A stretch of DNA of 64,000 nt from a virus. Shown here one piece after another: positions 39,728 through 49,304 of the stretch (position 1 is the first letter of the stretch; each line of letters starts with the position of its first letter). The stretch is from UHGV virus genome UHGV-0212524; one strand, 5' to 3'. A model generated the notes under the pieces. It had not been told where the DNA came from. It saw nothing but the letters and a program-made list of their open reading frames with translations, and made no database searches. The position numbers were made by a program, and so were the translations under genes.

Positions 39728-39747
39728 TAACCCGCTTATAAAAATGT

Positions 39748-39780
39748 TGGGGGAGGTGCTTTACCTCCCCCAGATCTTTT
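39748..39780 (+). terminator. rho-independent terminator
   Basis: GGGGGAGGT-GCTTT-ACCTCCCCC hairpin plus T-tract. Confidence 0.75.
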
Positions 39781-39805
39781 AGCTCCCGATAGAGAATTAA
39801 ATATC

Positions 39806-42800
39806 ATGGCTAAAGCGGTAAAGAAAATTCGTTTACACGATTTACGTCCATACACCGGGGATATAGGTGAAGGTGTTTTACTTTTTTCCAAGGATGAGAA
39901 AGATTATAAGTTACCTGTCCGTGAGATCGTTGCAGATATTGACACCGTACGTAATGCGGTGTCTGATGCACAAACAGCAGCAACACAATCACAAGAAGCT
40001 GCAACTCAGGCTACACAAGCAAAGAATTTAGCAGAAACAGCAAAACAACAAACTGACACCGTTGCGGCTACAGTTGCTCAACAAGCGCAAACTGTAACCG
40101 AAAAAGCAACTGAAGTCGGTACAAAACACACTGAAGTGTTAGCCGCGAAAACGGCGGTAGATACCCAGGTTGTGTCCGTTAATGAGAAAGCGCAAGCGGT
40201 AGCGGCAAGCGAGGCCAACGTCACACAAGCGGTGACTACCGTTACGAAGAAAGCAGAAACTGTTGCCACACAAGCCGGTCAAGTCGAACAGTCGCTTACG
40301 GCAGTTAACGAAGCTGTCGCGTCGGTAGAGTCGTCAAAAGCCGCTGTAGAAGCTACAGCAACGCAAGTTACCACAGACAAAGAAACCGCAGAGAATGCGG
40401 CAACGCGTTCTGAGGCAGCGGCTAAGCGTGCAGAAGAAATCGCTGCAAAAGGTAACGTTGATGCAACAACGACCAGTAAAGGTATCGTTAGACTTAATAA
40501 TACCTTAAGCAGTGACTCTGTTACTGAAGCGGCTACGCCGTCAACGGTTAAGCAGTTAAATGAAGATTTGCAGTTAAAAGCAAACCGTCACAACCCAACT
40601 TTTACCGGTGTGGTAAAAGCACCAACACCTGCTTCGGATTCTAACGACACGAGCGTCTCAACGACCGCATGGGTACGGCAAGCGATTGCTGAATTAGTGG
40701 ACTCTTCACCCGAGACGTTAGATACGTTATCAGAAATTGCAGCTGCGTTAGGAAACGATCCTAACTTTGCGACAACGATGACGAACCAACTCGCGGGTAA
40801 ACAGCCGTTAAGTCCGTTACTGACAGCGATTGCCGCAGTCACCACCGCTGCAAACAAACTCCCTTACTTTACCGGTAGTAATCAGGTAGGGTTAGCGGAT
40901 TTCACCTCGACTGCGCGTGATTTGTTAGCGAAAGGGTCGACGGCAGATATCATTAACTTCCTGGGTTTGAAAACCACTGTTGATAAAGCTGCGGGTGCTA
41001 TGCAACGCAGTTCTAACGGTGCCGATATTCCAGATAAAGTCACCTTCGCGAAGAACATCGGGTTGTCAGCAGAGACGTATTTGAAGTTTAATGGGGAAAT
41101 GGCAGTAGATGCGGATATCAACACCTTCGGCCCAGTCGAAGCGTTTATGGGTGTCTGGTCTAAAGCCACGTCTACGAATGCAACAATTGCAAAGAACTTC
41201 CCGGAAGACGATGCAGTTGGTTACTTAGAGGTATTCAAAGCAGGTAACTACAGCGGAAGCCAACGTTTTACCATACGTAACGGTAACGTCTATACTCGTC
41301 GTTTAACAGGAACCTGGAACGGTACTAACGGCCCTTGGTCGCCCTGGAGAATGACAACTACCGCGAACCGTCCGCTCTCCACCACTATTGACCTTAACAC
41401 TTTAGGTGGTGTTGAACACATGGGTCAGTGGCGTAACTCCAGTTCTTCTCTTGCGACGTTCGATCGTCATTATCCCGAAGAAGGTGGTAATGCTCAAGGT
41501 GTATTAGAAGTAATGGAAGGTGGTCTCTACGGACGTATGCAACGTTACACCACTCGTCGTGGTACGATGTATGTCCGTGGGTTGACTGCGACTTGGGATG
41601 CGTCTAATCCACAGTGGGAAGATTGGATTCAAGTTGGGTATCAGGTAGACGGTGCCTACTATAAGGGTAGCTTTAATGACTTAACTAAACCTGGTCGTTT
41701 TAGTGTTACCGGTGAGGCTACTGACGGTCCGTTAACAGACTCTGCTGGCGCAACCTTGTTAGGTGTTTGCGAAGTTACCTTACGCTTAGACGGTTCAGGC
41801 GTTGAACAAAATTATACCACATACGGTACAGGCGCAACTACGAAAGGTCGCAAGTTCCAACGAATTCGTACAGGAAACGCCTGGAGCGAATGGCGAGAGA
41901 TTTTCACATCCTATTCACTCCCGTTGGCTTTAGGGATCGGTGGGGTTGCTGCCAAGGTCGATCCGTTAGACTGGCAAACCTTCGATTTCGTTCCTGGCCA
42001 GATGATAAGTACACCGTTGAATACCATGAAAAACATTCCTGCGGGAATGGATTGGGGTGTTATTGACGGTAACTTGGTCAGTATTCTCGTAGGGGCGTCA
42101 GAGGACACCGGTACTGGTCGGAGTATGTTGGTCTGGCGCGGTACAGTGTCTACTGCTAACTATCGCTTCTTTGCAGTACGTATCGCTGGCGAGAAGGGTA
42201 GCCGTACGATTACGCCACGACAGATGCCTGTGTTGAACGCAGCCCACACTTGGGCAGAGAAACAGACCTTTGCAAAAGGGTTAGCAGGTGAGTTAACCGG
42301 CAATGCTTCAACCGCCACTAAGCTCCAGACTGCGCGTAGAATTGGCGGGGTCGCTTTCGACGGCAGCGGCGACGTTAACCTCCCAGGTGTTAACCAACAA
42401 GGTAATCAAAACACCACAGGTAACGCCGCGACAGCCACTAAACTTCAAACCGCCAGAAATATTAACGGTGTGAAATTCGATGGCTCTGGAGACATCAATA
42501 TCAACACCTTGGTAGGTCGTGGACGGGTTACCGCTCTGACCGGGTCGAACAAGGGTACACCTGGTATCCAGATGTACGAAGTTTACAATAACGGTTATCC
42601 AACCGCCTATGGTAACTTGCTGCACTTAGGTGGTGCTAATGCGCTAGGCGAAGGTGAGTTGTTAATTGGTTGGTCGGGCACGAGTGGTGCACACGCACCC
42701 GTTTATATTCGTAGTCGACGCGATACGGCTGATGCGCCGTGGTCAGATTGGGCACAAGTTTATACTGCCCGTGACAGTATTCCTGGTGTAAATACCACCG

Positions 42801-44272
42801 GTAATCAGGATACTACTGGCAATGCCGCTACCGCGACGAAACTGAAAACCGCTCGCAGAATCGGCGGCGTTACCTTTGACGGTACTGGGGATATCAATTT
42901 ACCGGGGGTTAACCAGCAAGGCAACCAGAATACGACAGGTAATGCAGCGACCGCTACTAAGTTACAAACAGCACGTAAGATCGGCGGTGTTAACTTTGAC
43001 GGTTCGCAAGACATTAGTCTGCCCGGTGTAAACCAGACGGGTAATCAGTCGACTACCGGAAACGCAGCCACGGCAACAAAGTTGCAGACAGCGCGTACCA
43101 TTAACGGTATCGCATTTGACGGTACTAGAAATATATCGTTAGGGCCTGCCGATATAGGTTGTCCGGCTTCGCCCACTGGTTGGTTGGAGACTGGTAAAGA
43201 CGGCGGCGCAATAACTACAGCACAGCTAGTGACGTTATTGCAAAATAACGGCGCGTTTACCACAAAATCATGGGTTGCTCGCTGTGCATGGGCTTATGCT
43301 GCTAGTGCGTCCATACCGAACAGCGAGACGGGTTGTGGTGTTATTCCGTTAGCTGGGGCTGTTATAGAAGTGATTAGTAACAGCGCAAACAACTACACGA
43401 TCCGTATAACGACCCCCACAACGACGAGCGTCGGCGGCGCACTCACTAATGCGGAGTTTATCTACGTAAATAACGGTGATGCTTACTCACCAGGTTGGCG
43501 TCGCGCTTACAATACGAAAAACAAGCCAACTGCTGCGGATGTTGGGGCGTTGCCATTATCTGGCGGTCAATTGAATGGTGTGCTGACGCTGCAAAATGTG
43601 AGTCAGCCTCTCAAGACGCCGGGTGGCGGCATTCTGGCAAATGATGGAAATTTATACATCAATAAGTCAGGATTTGCAGGCTGGATTGATGCGCTGTTTT
43701 TGAAGAACAGCGGCGGTACTGTCACTGGCGATTTAACGGTTAACGGTAAACTGGTTACGAAGTATGCTGATTTCCGAATCGCTTACGGTAGCTGCGGTTT
43801 CATTTTACGTAATGATGGTGCCAATACCTATTTCTTAGTAACCGACTCCGGACAAGCCGCAACGGGTTCCTGGAACGGACTACGTCCGTTGTATTTTAAT
43901 AACTCTAACGGTCAAGTAACCTTTGGTCATAACATTTCTAGCAACGGTAACGGTTCGTTTAACGACGTACAGATTCGTTCTGACCGTCGCAACAAACGTA
44001 ATCTGGTGAAGCTGGATAAGGCTTTGGATCGGTTAGAAGCGCTTACCGGCTATCTGTACGAGGTTCAACATCCAGACGACGGTTGGAACACTTCGGTAGG
44101 TCTAATTGCTCAAGACGCATTAGAAGCGTTACCTGAACTTGTGTCTGAGGATGATGATGCCATTTCAGGCGAAAAACGTTTACGTCTAAACTACAATGGC
44201 GTTATTGCGCTGTTAGTAGAGGGTATGAAAGCGTTGCGTCAAGAGGTTAACGAAATTAAAGGAAGATCCTAA
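39806..44272 (+). CDS. long tail fibre protein (1488 aa) with phage tail-fibre repeats and C-terminal S74-type intramolecular chaperone domain
   Basis: Ala/Thr/Gln-rich N-terminal shaft; five or six copies of GNAATATKLQTARxIGGVxFDGSGDINL; C-terminal SDRRNKRNLVKLDKALDRLEALTGYLYE...NYNGVIALLVEGMKALRQEV typical of auto-cleaving chaperone domains (T5 pb1 / K1F endosialidase type). Confidence 0.85.
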   Translation: MAKAVKKIRLHDLRPYTGDIGEGVLLFSKDEKDYKLPVREIVADIDTVRNAVSDAQTAATQSQEAATQATQAKNLAETAKQQTDTVAATVAQQAQTVTEKATEVGTKHTEVLAAKTAVDTQVVSVNEKAQAVAASEANVTQAVTTVTKKAETVATQAGQVEQSLTAVNEAVASVESSKAAVEATATQVTTDKETAENAATRSEAAAKRAEEIAAKGNVDATTTSKGIVRLNNTLSSDSVTEAATPSTVKQLNEDLQLKANRHNPTFTGVVKAPTPASDSNDTSVSTTAWVRQAIAELVDSSPETLDTLSEIAAALGNDPNFATTMTNQLAGKQPLSPLLTAIAAVTTAANKLPYFTGSNQVGLADFTSTARDLLAKGSTADIINFLGLKTTVDKAAGAMQRSSNGADIPDKVTFAKNIGLSAETYLKFNGEMAVDADINTFGPVEAFMGVWSKATSTNATIAKNFPEDDAVGYLEVFKAGNYSGSQRFTIRNGNVYTRRLTGTWNGTNGPWSPWRMTTTANRPLSTTIDLNTLGGVEHMGQWRNSSSSLATFDRHYPEEGGNAQGVLEVMEGGLYGRMQRYTTRRGTMYVRGLTATWDASNPQWEDWIQVGYQVDGAYYKGSFNDLTKPGRFSVTGEATDGPLTDSAGATLLGVCEVTLRLDGSGVEQNYTTYGTGATTKGRKFQRIRTGNAWSEWREIFTSYSLPLALGIGGVAAKVDPLDWQTFDFVPGQMISTPLNTMKNIPAGMDWGVIDGNLVSILVGASEDTGTGRSMLVWRGTVSTANYRFFAVRIAGEKGSRTITPRQMPVLNAAHTWAEKQTFAKGLAGELTGNASTATKLQTARRIGGVAFDGSGDVNLPGVNQQGNQNTTGNAATATKLQTARNINGVKFDGSGDININTLVGRGRVTALTGSNKGTPGIQMYEVYNNGYPTAYGNLLHLGGANALGEGELLIGWSGTSGAHAPVYIRSRRDTADAPWSDWAQVYTARDSIPGVNTTGNQDTTGNAATATKLKTARRIGGVTFDGTGDINLPGVNQQGNQNTTGNAATATKLQTARKIGGVNFDGSQDISLPGVNQTGNQSTTGNAATATKLQTARTINGIAFDGTRNISLGPADIGCPASPTGWLETGKDGGAITTAQLVTLLQNNGAFTTKSWVARCAWAYAASASIPNSETGCGVIPLAGAVIEVISNSANNYTIRITTPTTTSVGGALTNAEFIYVNNGDAYSPGWRRAYNTKNKPTAADVGALPLSGGQLNGVLTLQNVSQPLKTPGGGILANDGNLYINKSGFAGWIDALFLKNSGGTVTGDLTVNGKLVTKYADFRIAYGSCGFILRNDGANTYFLVTDSGQAATGSWNGLRPLYFNNSNGQVTFGHNISSNGNGSFNDVQIRSDRRNKRNLVKLDKALDRLEALTGYLYEVQHPDDGWNTSVGLIAQDALEALPELVSEDDDAISGEKRLRLNYNGVIALLVEGMKALRQEVNEIKGRS
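42298..43140 (+). repeat. in-frame ~120-nt tandem repeats encoding the tail-fibre repeat units (two clusters)
   Basis: repeated DNA and peptide units inside the fibre gene; they also generate antisense ORFs on the minus strand. Confidence 0.8.
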
Positions 44273-45054
44273 TGGCAGTTGTCGGCGTAGGTGGTTGGAT
44301 TGGTTCTTCAGCAAAAGCTGAAACTGGTAACGATTGGATGTCTGGCGCGATGCGCACACTTGGTGTGCCGGTTCCAGGCTGGATGTCGCAATTGGCGGGA
44401 AAATCAAAAGAGGTTCAGTATTCGATCGGGGCTAATCACAATTACAATAAAGATACGCTTATTAACTATTTACGTTCTATAGGCTCTAATGCTGTCGTTG
44501 TGACCATTACAGGGGATTTAGTGTCTTATAGTAGCGGGGTTCCTTGTTTAGAATTCCCTAGCAATCTTCCAAATTCGTATATTACACTCATCATCAATCC
44601 TGGGGTTACAGTATACGGCAGAGGAGGCAACGGCGGTTCTAACTCACCAGGCGGTGCAGGTGGAACCGCAATACAGAACGGAATAGGAAACAGACTGCGT
44701 ATAACCAACCGTGGCGCTATTGCCGGAGGCGGTGGCGGCGGTGGCGGCGGTAACAGGGGTAGACTAATATTTGGTGGTGGCGGTGGTCGCCCATTCGGTG
44801 CTGGTGGGTCTTCCTCACATATGAGTTCCGGTGCAGCTGCTGGTACTATTTCCGCTCCTGGTAGAGGATCTGTTGGTGAGGGGTCTCTTAGTGCATATAC
44901 AGGCGGTTCGGGTGGTAATGTCGGTGCTGCTGGAGGAAGATGTAATACTCATGGTAACGGTACAGAATATAACGGCGGAGCCGCTGGTGCAGCCGTTAGA
45001 GGTAATGCGCCAAGATGGGACGCAGTAGGTGCAATATATGGTTCACGTGTTTAA
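44272..45054 (+). CDS. glycine-rich protein (260 aa), adhesin/fibre-tip candidate
   Basis: ATGA-type overlap with the fibre gene; poly-Gly runs (GGGGGGGGGN, FGGGGGRPFGAGG); N-terminus shared with 45115..45618. Confidence 0.5.
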   Translation: MAVVGVGGWIGSSAKAETGNDWMSGAMRTLGVPVPGWMSQLAGKSKEVQYSIGANHNYNKDTLINYLRSIGSNAVVVTITGDLVSYSSGVPCLEFPSNLPNSYITLIINPGVTVYGRGGNGGSNSPGGAGGTAIQNGIGNRLRITNRGAIAGGGGGGGGGNRGRLIFGGGGGRPFGAGGSSSHMSSGAAAGTISAPGRGSVGEGSLSAYTGGSGGNVGAAGGRCNTHGNGTEYNGGAAGAAVRGNAPRWDAVGAIYGSRV

Positions 45055-45114
45055 TTTGAAAAAGTATGGGGATACTCACTCCCCTCCTCACACCTTTCAA
45101 AAGGATAGGGTATA

Positions 45115-45618
45115 ATGGGGGTAGCATCTGGATGGGTCGGTTCTTCGGCCAAGAACGAAACGGGCGAACAATGGATGAGTGCTGCTGGTAGTAAATTAGG
45201 ATTGGGTAGACCTTTTATGATGAGTCAAATGGTGGGCCGATCTCTTGGCTGTAAAATCGCAACTGCTGCATATAGCGATTCAATGGCTAAATTTTGGGGT
45301 GCGGTGGGACCAAACTGGCCGTTAGCGCAGAAAAATAAAGGGACTATTCAGAATCCTGGTAGCTGCGGCGTAGGCACACTTATTGGTATCCAACTACTAT
45401 TGATCACATTGGCTGCTGATGCAAAACCAAGTTTAGCGGTCTATTTACAAGGTGGGAGAGCTTCTAACATCACCGTAAATCTAGGCGGCAACACTTGTAC
45501 GGTAGCCTATCAGCAGGTTATTAATGGTCAACATTATTACTGGACCTCTAACATTAGCACTGCTTTCCAAAACGTGATGAAATCAACCGGCACATTAAGA
45601 GATTTGAAGATTAGTTAA
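45115..45618 (+). CDS. hypothetical protein sharing an N-terminal domain with the Gly-rich protein
   Basis: MGVASGWVGSSAKNETGEQWMS versus MAVVGVGGWIGSSAKAETGNDWMS. Confidence 0.5.
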   Translation: MGVASGWVGSSAKNETGEQWMSAAGSKLGLGRPFMMSQMVGRSLGCKIATAAYSDSMAKFWGAVGPNWPLAQKNKGTIQNPGSCGVGTLIGIQLLLITLAADAKPSLAVYLQGGRASNITVNLGGNTCTVAYQQVINGQHYYWTSNISTAFQNVMKSTGTLRDLKIS

Positions 45619-45648
45619 TAATTTTCAAGCGAATGTGCTTGAAAACGT

Positions 45649-45895
45649 AATCGGGGGGGGGGGTGAAATGTTTTTAGCCACCATTTTATGTCTCCCCAAG
45701 CATAGGAGGTAACCATACGTGGAACATTTCACGCCTGTTTGGGCGTTAACTTAAGTAAAAAACGATCACTCGAATCTGCTATAAAAAGCAATCGGGGGGT
45801 GGTGAAATGTTTATAGACAACTTTTTATGTCTCTCCAATCATAGGAGGTAACCATACGTGGAACAATTCACGCCTGATTTGTCGTTAACTTCACT
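45649..45895 (+). repeat. tandem duplication (~105 bp units, ~139 bp period) of the promoter/RBS/first codons of gene 45858
   Basis: copy 1 at ~45649-45752 and copy 2 at ~45789-45895 share AATCGGGGGG..GTGAAATGTTT..TTTTATGTCTC..CATAGGAGGTAACCATACGTGGAACA.TTCACGCCTG; copy 1 retains a GTG-initiated 11-codon remnant ORF (45719..45754). Confidence 0.7.
45653..45663 (+). repeat. G11 homopolymeric tract
   Basis: eleven consecutive G in copy 1 of the duplicated upstream region; copy 2 has GGGGGGTGG. Confidence 0.8.
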
Positions 45896-46370
45896 TAACA
45901 TGGTTATTTCACTGGTTAACCATGACCTCCAGCTCGACCTGCAAGAGAACGAGGTTGAAGTCAGCGACGTAAAGACCAGTAACGAAATGGATCGTGACAC
46001 CACTGCTGTTGTAAAGATAAAACGTCCTGGTAACAGAACGTTACAAATCTATTACAACCGTTTAACCGCAGAGCGGTGGTTAAACCAGCAACCTATTCTG
46101 GTAAAGGTTTCCGGTAATGGTTTTACCGCACACGATCTAATCGACGGAATTAACGCGGCTTGCGGTTGTAATTTACAACCCGACGATCTTACCGACGAAT
46201 CATTTACCGTAGGGAAAGACGCTGTAACGTTACAGGTTTCACCCAACTCGTTAGGTTATAAAGGCCAATTCTCCGTTCTGGTTTTCGGTAACGACGAAGA
46301 AGCCGCTGTAGTAAAAGACAACGATTTAATCGTTACCGCAGATAATCGCGTCTTAACCTTTGGTGGTTAA
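45858..46370 (+). CDS. paralog-family protein (170 aa), paralog of 35731..36294
   Basis: GTG start with TAGGAGGT RBS; conserved PDLSLTS, YYNRL and CGCNLQPDDL motifs. Confidence 0.55.
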   Translation: MEQFTPDLSLTSLNMVISLVNHDLQLDLQENEVEVSDVKTSNEMDRDTTAVVKIKRPGNRTLQIYYNRLTAERWLNQQPILVKVSGNGFTAHDLIDGINAACGCNLQPDDLTDESFTVGKDAVTLQVSPNSLGYKGQFSVLVFGNDEEAAVVKDNDLIVTADNRVLTFGG

Positions 46371-46528
46371 TAGTGGCTGAACTGGTAGGAAAGGTACGCA
46401 TTCGCGAGCTACCGACACTTTCAGAAGACATCACTGGTGTGGTGGTGTTAGCGTCTATTGCCTGTTAAGATCGTTATTACGCATCTTACAGGGACAACGC
46501 TTTCTCAGAACGGAATGAAATAAATATT

Positions 46529-46576
46529 AGGTAGTAGGGGCTAAGCCCCTACTACCTTTCTTTTTTATTTTTTCTC
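46529..46576 (+). terminator. rho-independent terminator
   Basis: AGGTAGTAGGGG-CTAA-GCCCCTACTACCT hairpin plus T-tract. Confidence 0.8.
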
Positions 46577-46599
46577 AGATATATATTACCTAGGGGAGA
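46575..46599 (+). promoter_or_regulatory. conserved promoter-like motif TCAGATATATATTACCTAGGGGAGA
   Basis: contains TATATTAC; directly after a terminator T-tract; followed by an inverted repeat (GAGAGCGAA..TTCGCTCT). Confidence 0.45.
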
Positions 46600-46744
46600 G
46601 CGAAATTTACATTCGCTCTATTAGTTATAGCCGAAAGGAGGATTAGTTCTATCACCCGTATTATCTGTTCTGGTGAATTGGGTGAAGATAAAAAATCGTG
46701 TTTGATAAATTAGTTGAAGACTACGTTAAGAAAGAGGGACAATT

Positions 46745-47188
46745 ATGAAACCAAATACTACTAACGGCATTATGTTACTTTGTGATTCTGAAACGTTAGC
46801 AAATCGTATTCGTGGTTTGATGCAAGTACGTTGGCAGCAAAAGGTTTGCGTGGACTATGCTGCACCGTTTGTTCACGTTACCTGGCTACCAGAAGCTAAC
46901 GATTTTAAAGAGAGTATAACCACGAGAAGAATTAAAGATTGGTTAATGGCAATCATTAACAAACGGATTACCGTTATCAATTTCCAGTTGTTCGGTAGTA
47001 AAGAAGAACACGATACCTTAAAACGCTGTTTAAGGGGATTGGATCTTGCCTTTTCTGTTCGTGGAAACTGTTACACAGCGTTCTTCATCGGTTCTCTTGA
47101 GTTATTTCAGGGAACATTAAACATTCAACTAAAAGAAGATTACGGGATCGTAAATAAGATTGATTTCGAATTCCCAGCAATGATTTAA
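46745..47188 (+). CDS. hypothetical protein (147 aa)
   Basis: ORF with AAGAAAGAGGG RBS region. Confidence 0.55.
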   Translation: MKPNTTNGIMLLCDSETLANRIRGLMQVRWQQKVCVDYAAPFVHVTWLPEANDFKESITTRRIKDWLMAIINKRITVINFQLFGSKEEHDTLKRCLRGLDLAFSVRGNCYTAFFIGSLELFQGTLNIQLKEDYGIVNKIDFEFPAMI

Positions 47189-47199
47189 GGAGGAGTAGC

Positions 47200-48042
47200 A
47201 TGTTTCAGTTCGAACTCACCGAAGAAGAAAAGGTTATCAACAAGTTTAAAATTTCCCCTATCCCTACTGAGGATCAAATTAAAGAAATCACTGAGCTACA
47301 AAACACGTACACGTTTTACTATAAAGTTAAATCAGAAGCGTTTAACATTTTCTGGGTAGAAGGCGAGGTCGATTTCCCTAACAAGCTCATTAGTGCGGTT
47401 ATGGATATTTTAGTACGGGCTGTTGAGACGCCTAAAGATCCAGAAATTCCGGATCAAATGACTTGTAGGCTAAAAGACAAGCCAACTGCGAAAGACGTCG
47501 CTTACTTCACAGACGAGATTCCACTTACCCCCAAACAGGCAGGTAAAATCGGTTCGATATTATACCTTTTTTACAACGACAAATTCACTTATCTGGTTGA
47601 AAACAACGTGCTTAAAGTGAACTATGAAGGTGCTACTTATCGCGCTTTTTTAAATAACCTATTGAATGACATAGAGAAAGAAAATATTCTGCTATTTACA
47701 GTTGAGGATATTAGCGAGGCCGATGCTGCCGAGTTTATTCGCGCAGTGAAAGATGAACACGAACACCATCTATTTATAATTTATCAAAGCAAATATCTTG
47801 AAGGTAACCTGAATCTCTTGATCCCAAACAAACCATGGGTTCTTAAAGTTCTGGAACCCCTTGCGCAGAAAATTAAGAGAGATGGTGAATATTTTAAACA
47901 CGTTCTCAAGAAATACGAAAAAGAAATCAGCGAACGACTTTCACGCCACTTTTTTGGACAGCTAGAAGCTCACGTTGGCGAATACGCCCAGCTGTTTGAT
48001 AGATTTTGTAACGAGATGAGAGAAGTTCGGAATCTTAAATAA
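47200..48042 (+). CDS. hypothetical protein (280 aa) with EADxFIR-type module
   Basis: ILLFTVEDISEADAAEFIRAVKDEHEHH resembles modules repeated in 52001..53167. Confidence 0.55.
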   Translation: MFQFELTEEEKVINKFKISPIPTEDQIKEITELQNTYTFYYKVKSEAFNIFWVEGEVDFPNKLISAVMDILVRAVETPKDPEIPDQMTCRLKDKPTAKDVAYFTDEIPLTPKQAGKIGSILYLFYNDKFTYLVENNVLKVNYEGATYRAFLNNLLNDIEKENILLFTVEDISEADAAEFIRAVKDEHEHHLFIIYQSKYLEGNLNLLIPNKPWVLKVLEPLAQKIKRDGEYFKHVLKKYEKEISERLSRHFFGQLEAHVGEYAQLFDRFCNEMREVRNLK

Positions 48043-48084
48043 CGAAGGCTTAATTACCCCACTATTTACCTAAAGGAGCATTAA

Positions 48085-48600
48085 ATGTCTGTAACAATCA
48101 ACATGAATCTTTATACCAAACGTGAACGTCAAATCTTGGCTAATCAGCCAGGTGTTACTACGATTGACGGTAAACCTATCGACCCATTAAAAGTCGTTGT
48201 CGCACACAACTGTTTCGAGAAAGACTGGGACATCATGTATTTCCGTTGCCGTTCTGTCGCCAACGCACTTACCCAGCTCTCGAATTATCATCCTGGCCCA
48301 GTATTAAAAGACTGGGTTTGGTTAGTCCCTAAAACACCTTCAGCGATTGAGTATCCGTCGGGTATGGTCTATATTCGTCCTGTCGCTTATCCAGAACGTT
48401 TAAAAGAATATCTGGAGGTTATCTGGGACCGACCTCGTAAAGAGCTGGTGACGATTATCCGTTTACTTCAAATGTGCGATATCCCCAATGTTTCGAATCT
48501 GAAACTTACGTCTCGCGATATTAACCAGGCTTACTGGGAACTAGAGTGGACAGAACCGAAATTCGAAAACACTAACCGTATTTTCTTGCACCGGGGGTAA
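48085..48600 (+). CDS. hypothetical protein (171 aa)
   Basis: ORF. Confidence 0.55.
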   Translation: MSVTINMNLYTKRERQILANQPGVTTIDGKPIDPLKVVVAHNCFEKDWDIMYFRCRSVANALTQLSNYHPGPVLKDWVWLVPKTPSAIEYPSGMVYIRPVAYPERLKEYLEVIWDRPRKELVTIIRLLQMCDIPNVSNLKLTSRDINQAYWELEWTEPKFENTNRIFLHRG

Positions 48601-48602
48601 AA

Positions 48603-48884
48603 ATGTTAGATTGGTTGTTGGGTTTAATTAACTCACGTCAACAGGAGCTTTATAAAGAAAACACGCGGTTACGGCAGCAGCTTAGTAACAATCGTCAAAC
48701 CAAACGACAGTTAATTCGGATGGTAAAACAACAGGCGCGCTGTATACGCGATATCGATTATCAGTATCACCGTCTGAATACCTTAGACCCAACAACAAAA
48801 GCTTTAGGCAGTACGATTGGACACGCACGGAAAGTCAGTCACGACGCGTTAGTTCGAATCGACACAATAGAAGAGAAGCTGTGA
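48603..48884 (+). CDS. hypothetical protein (93 aa)
   Basis: ORF followed by a perfect palindrome. Confidence 0.5.
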   Translation: MLDWLLGLINSRQQELYKENTRLRQQLSNNRQTKRQLIRMVKQQARCIRDIDYQYHRLNTLDPTTKALGSTIGHARKVSHDALVRIDTIEEKL

Positions 48885-48926
48885 TATAACCCCTCTCAGG
48901 AATTCCTGAGAGGGTGGAGTAACAAT

Positions 48927-49301
48927 ATGTCATTACTGTTATACAAATTCAGATGTTGGCTAGACACCTCGTTTAAAACCTGGGCTTGTGGTGAGAATGT
49001 CAGAACGATCGTTAAAGCAACAGACTGGTATACCGAAATTGTGGTACTCCCTGACGGTAAACTAATTAATGTTCAGGTACGCAATATCACCGTCAGGATA
49101 GGTCGTAAAGGCGGTGCTATTTTTCTTCCCGAACTCTATCTGGTTTCTGCATTGGAACTGAAAGCAGGACCGATGTTATTTGGTCGAACAGCGCAACACT
49201 ATTTCGATACGCTTATTAAACTTAGTAATAGTGTAAAGAAATTAGGTGAGTCGGTCCATAGATTTATTAAAGAAACTGAACGAACTACGGTGGAGATTTA
49301 A
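48927..49301 (+). CDS. hypothetical protein (124 aa)
   Basis: ORF. Confidence 0.5.
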   Translation: MSLLLYKFRCWLDTSFKTWACGENVRTIVKATDWYTEIVVLPDGKLINVQVRNITVRIGRKGGAIFLPELYLVSALELKAGPMLFGRTAQHYFDTLIKLSNSVKKLGESVHRFIKETERTTVEI

Positions 49302-49304
49302 AAG

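Noticed and set aside
42805-43263. Minus-strand ORFs with repeated AVAALPVV peptides inside the tail-fibre gene
   Set aside because: Mirror images of the in-frame fibre repeat DNA; artefact of the tandem repeats.
46371-46528. Possible tRNA or small RNA in the 160-nt gap between gene 45858 and its terminator
   Set aside because: No cloverleaf-compatible sequence (no GTTC-type T-loop or acceptor stem pairing) could be found by eye. A 31-codon GTG-initiated ORF is possible but unsupported.
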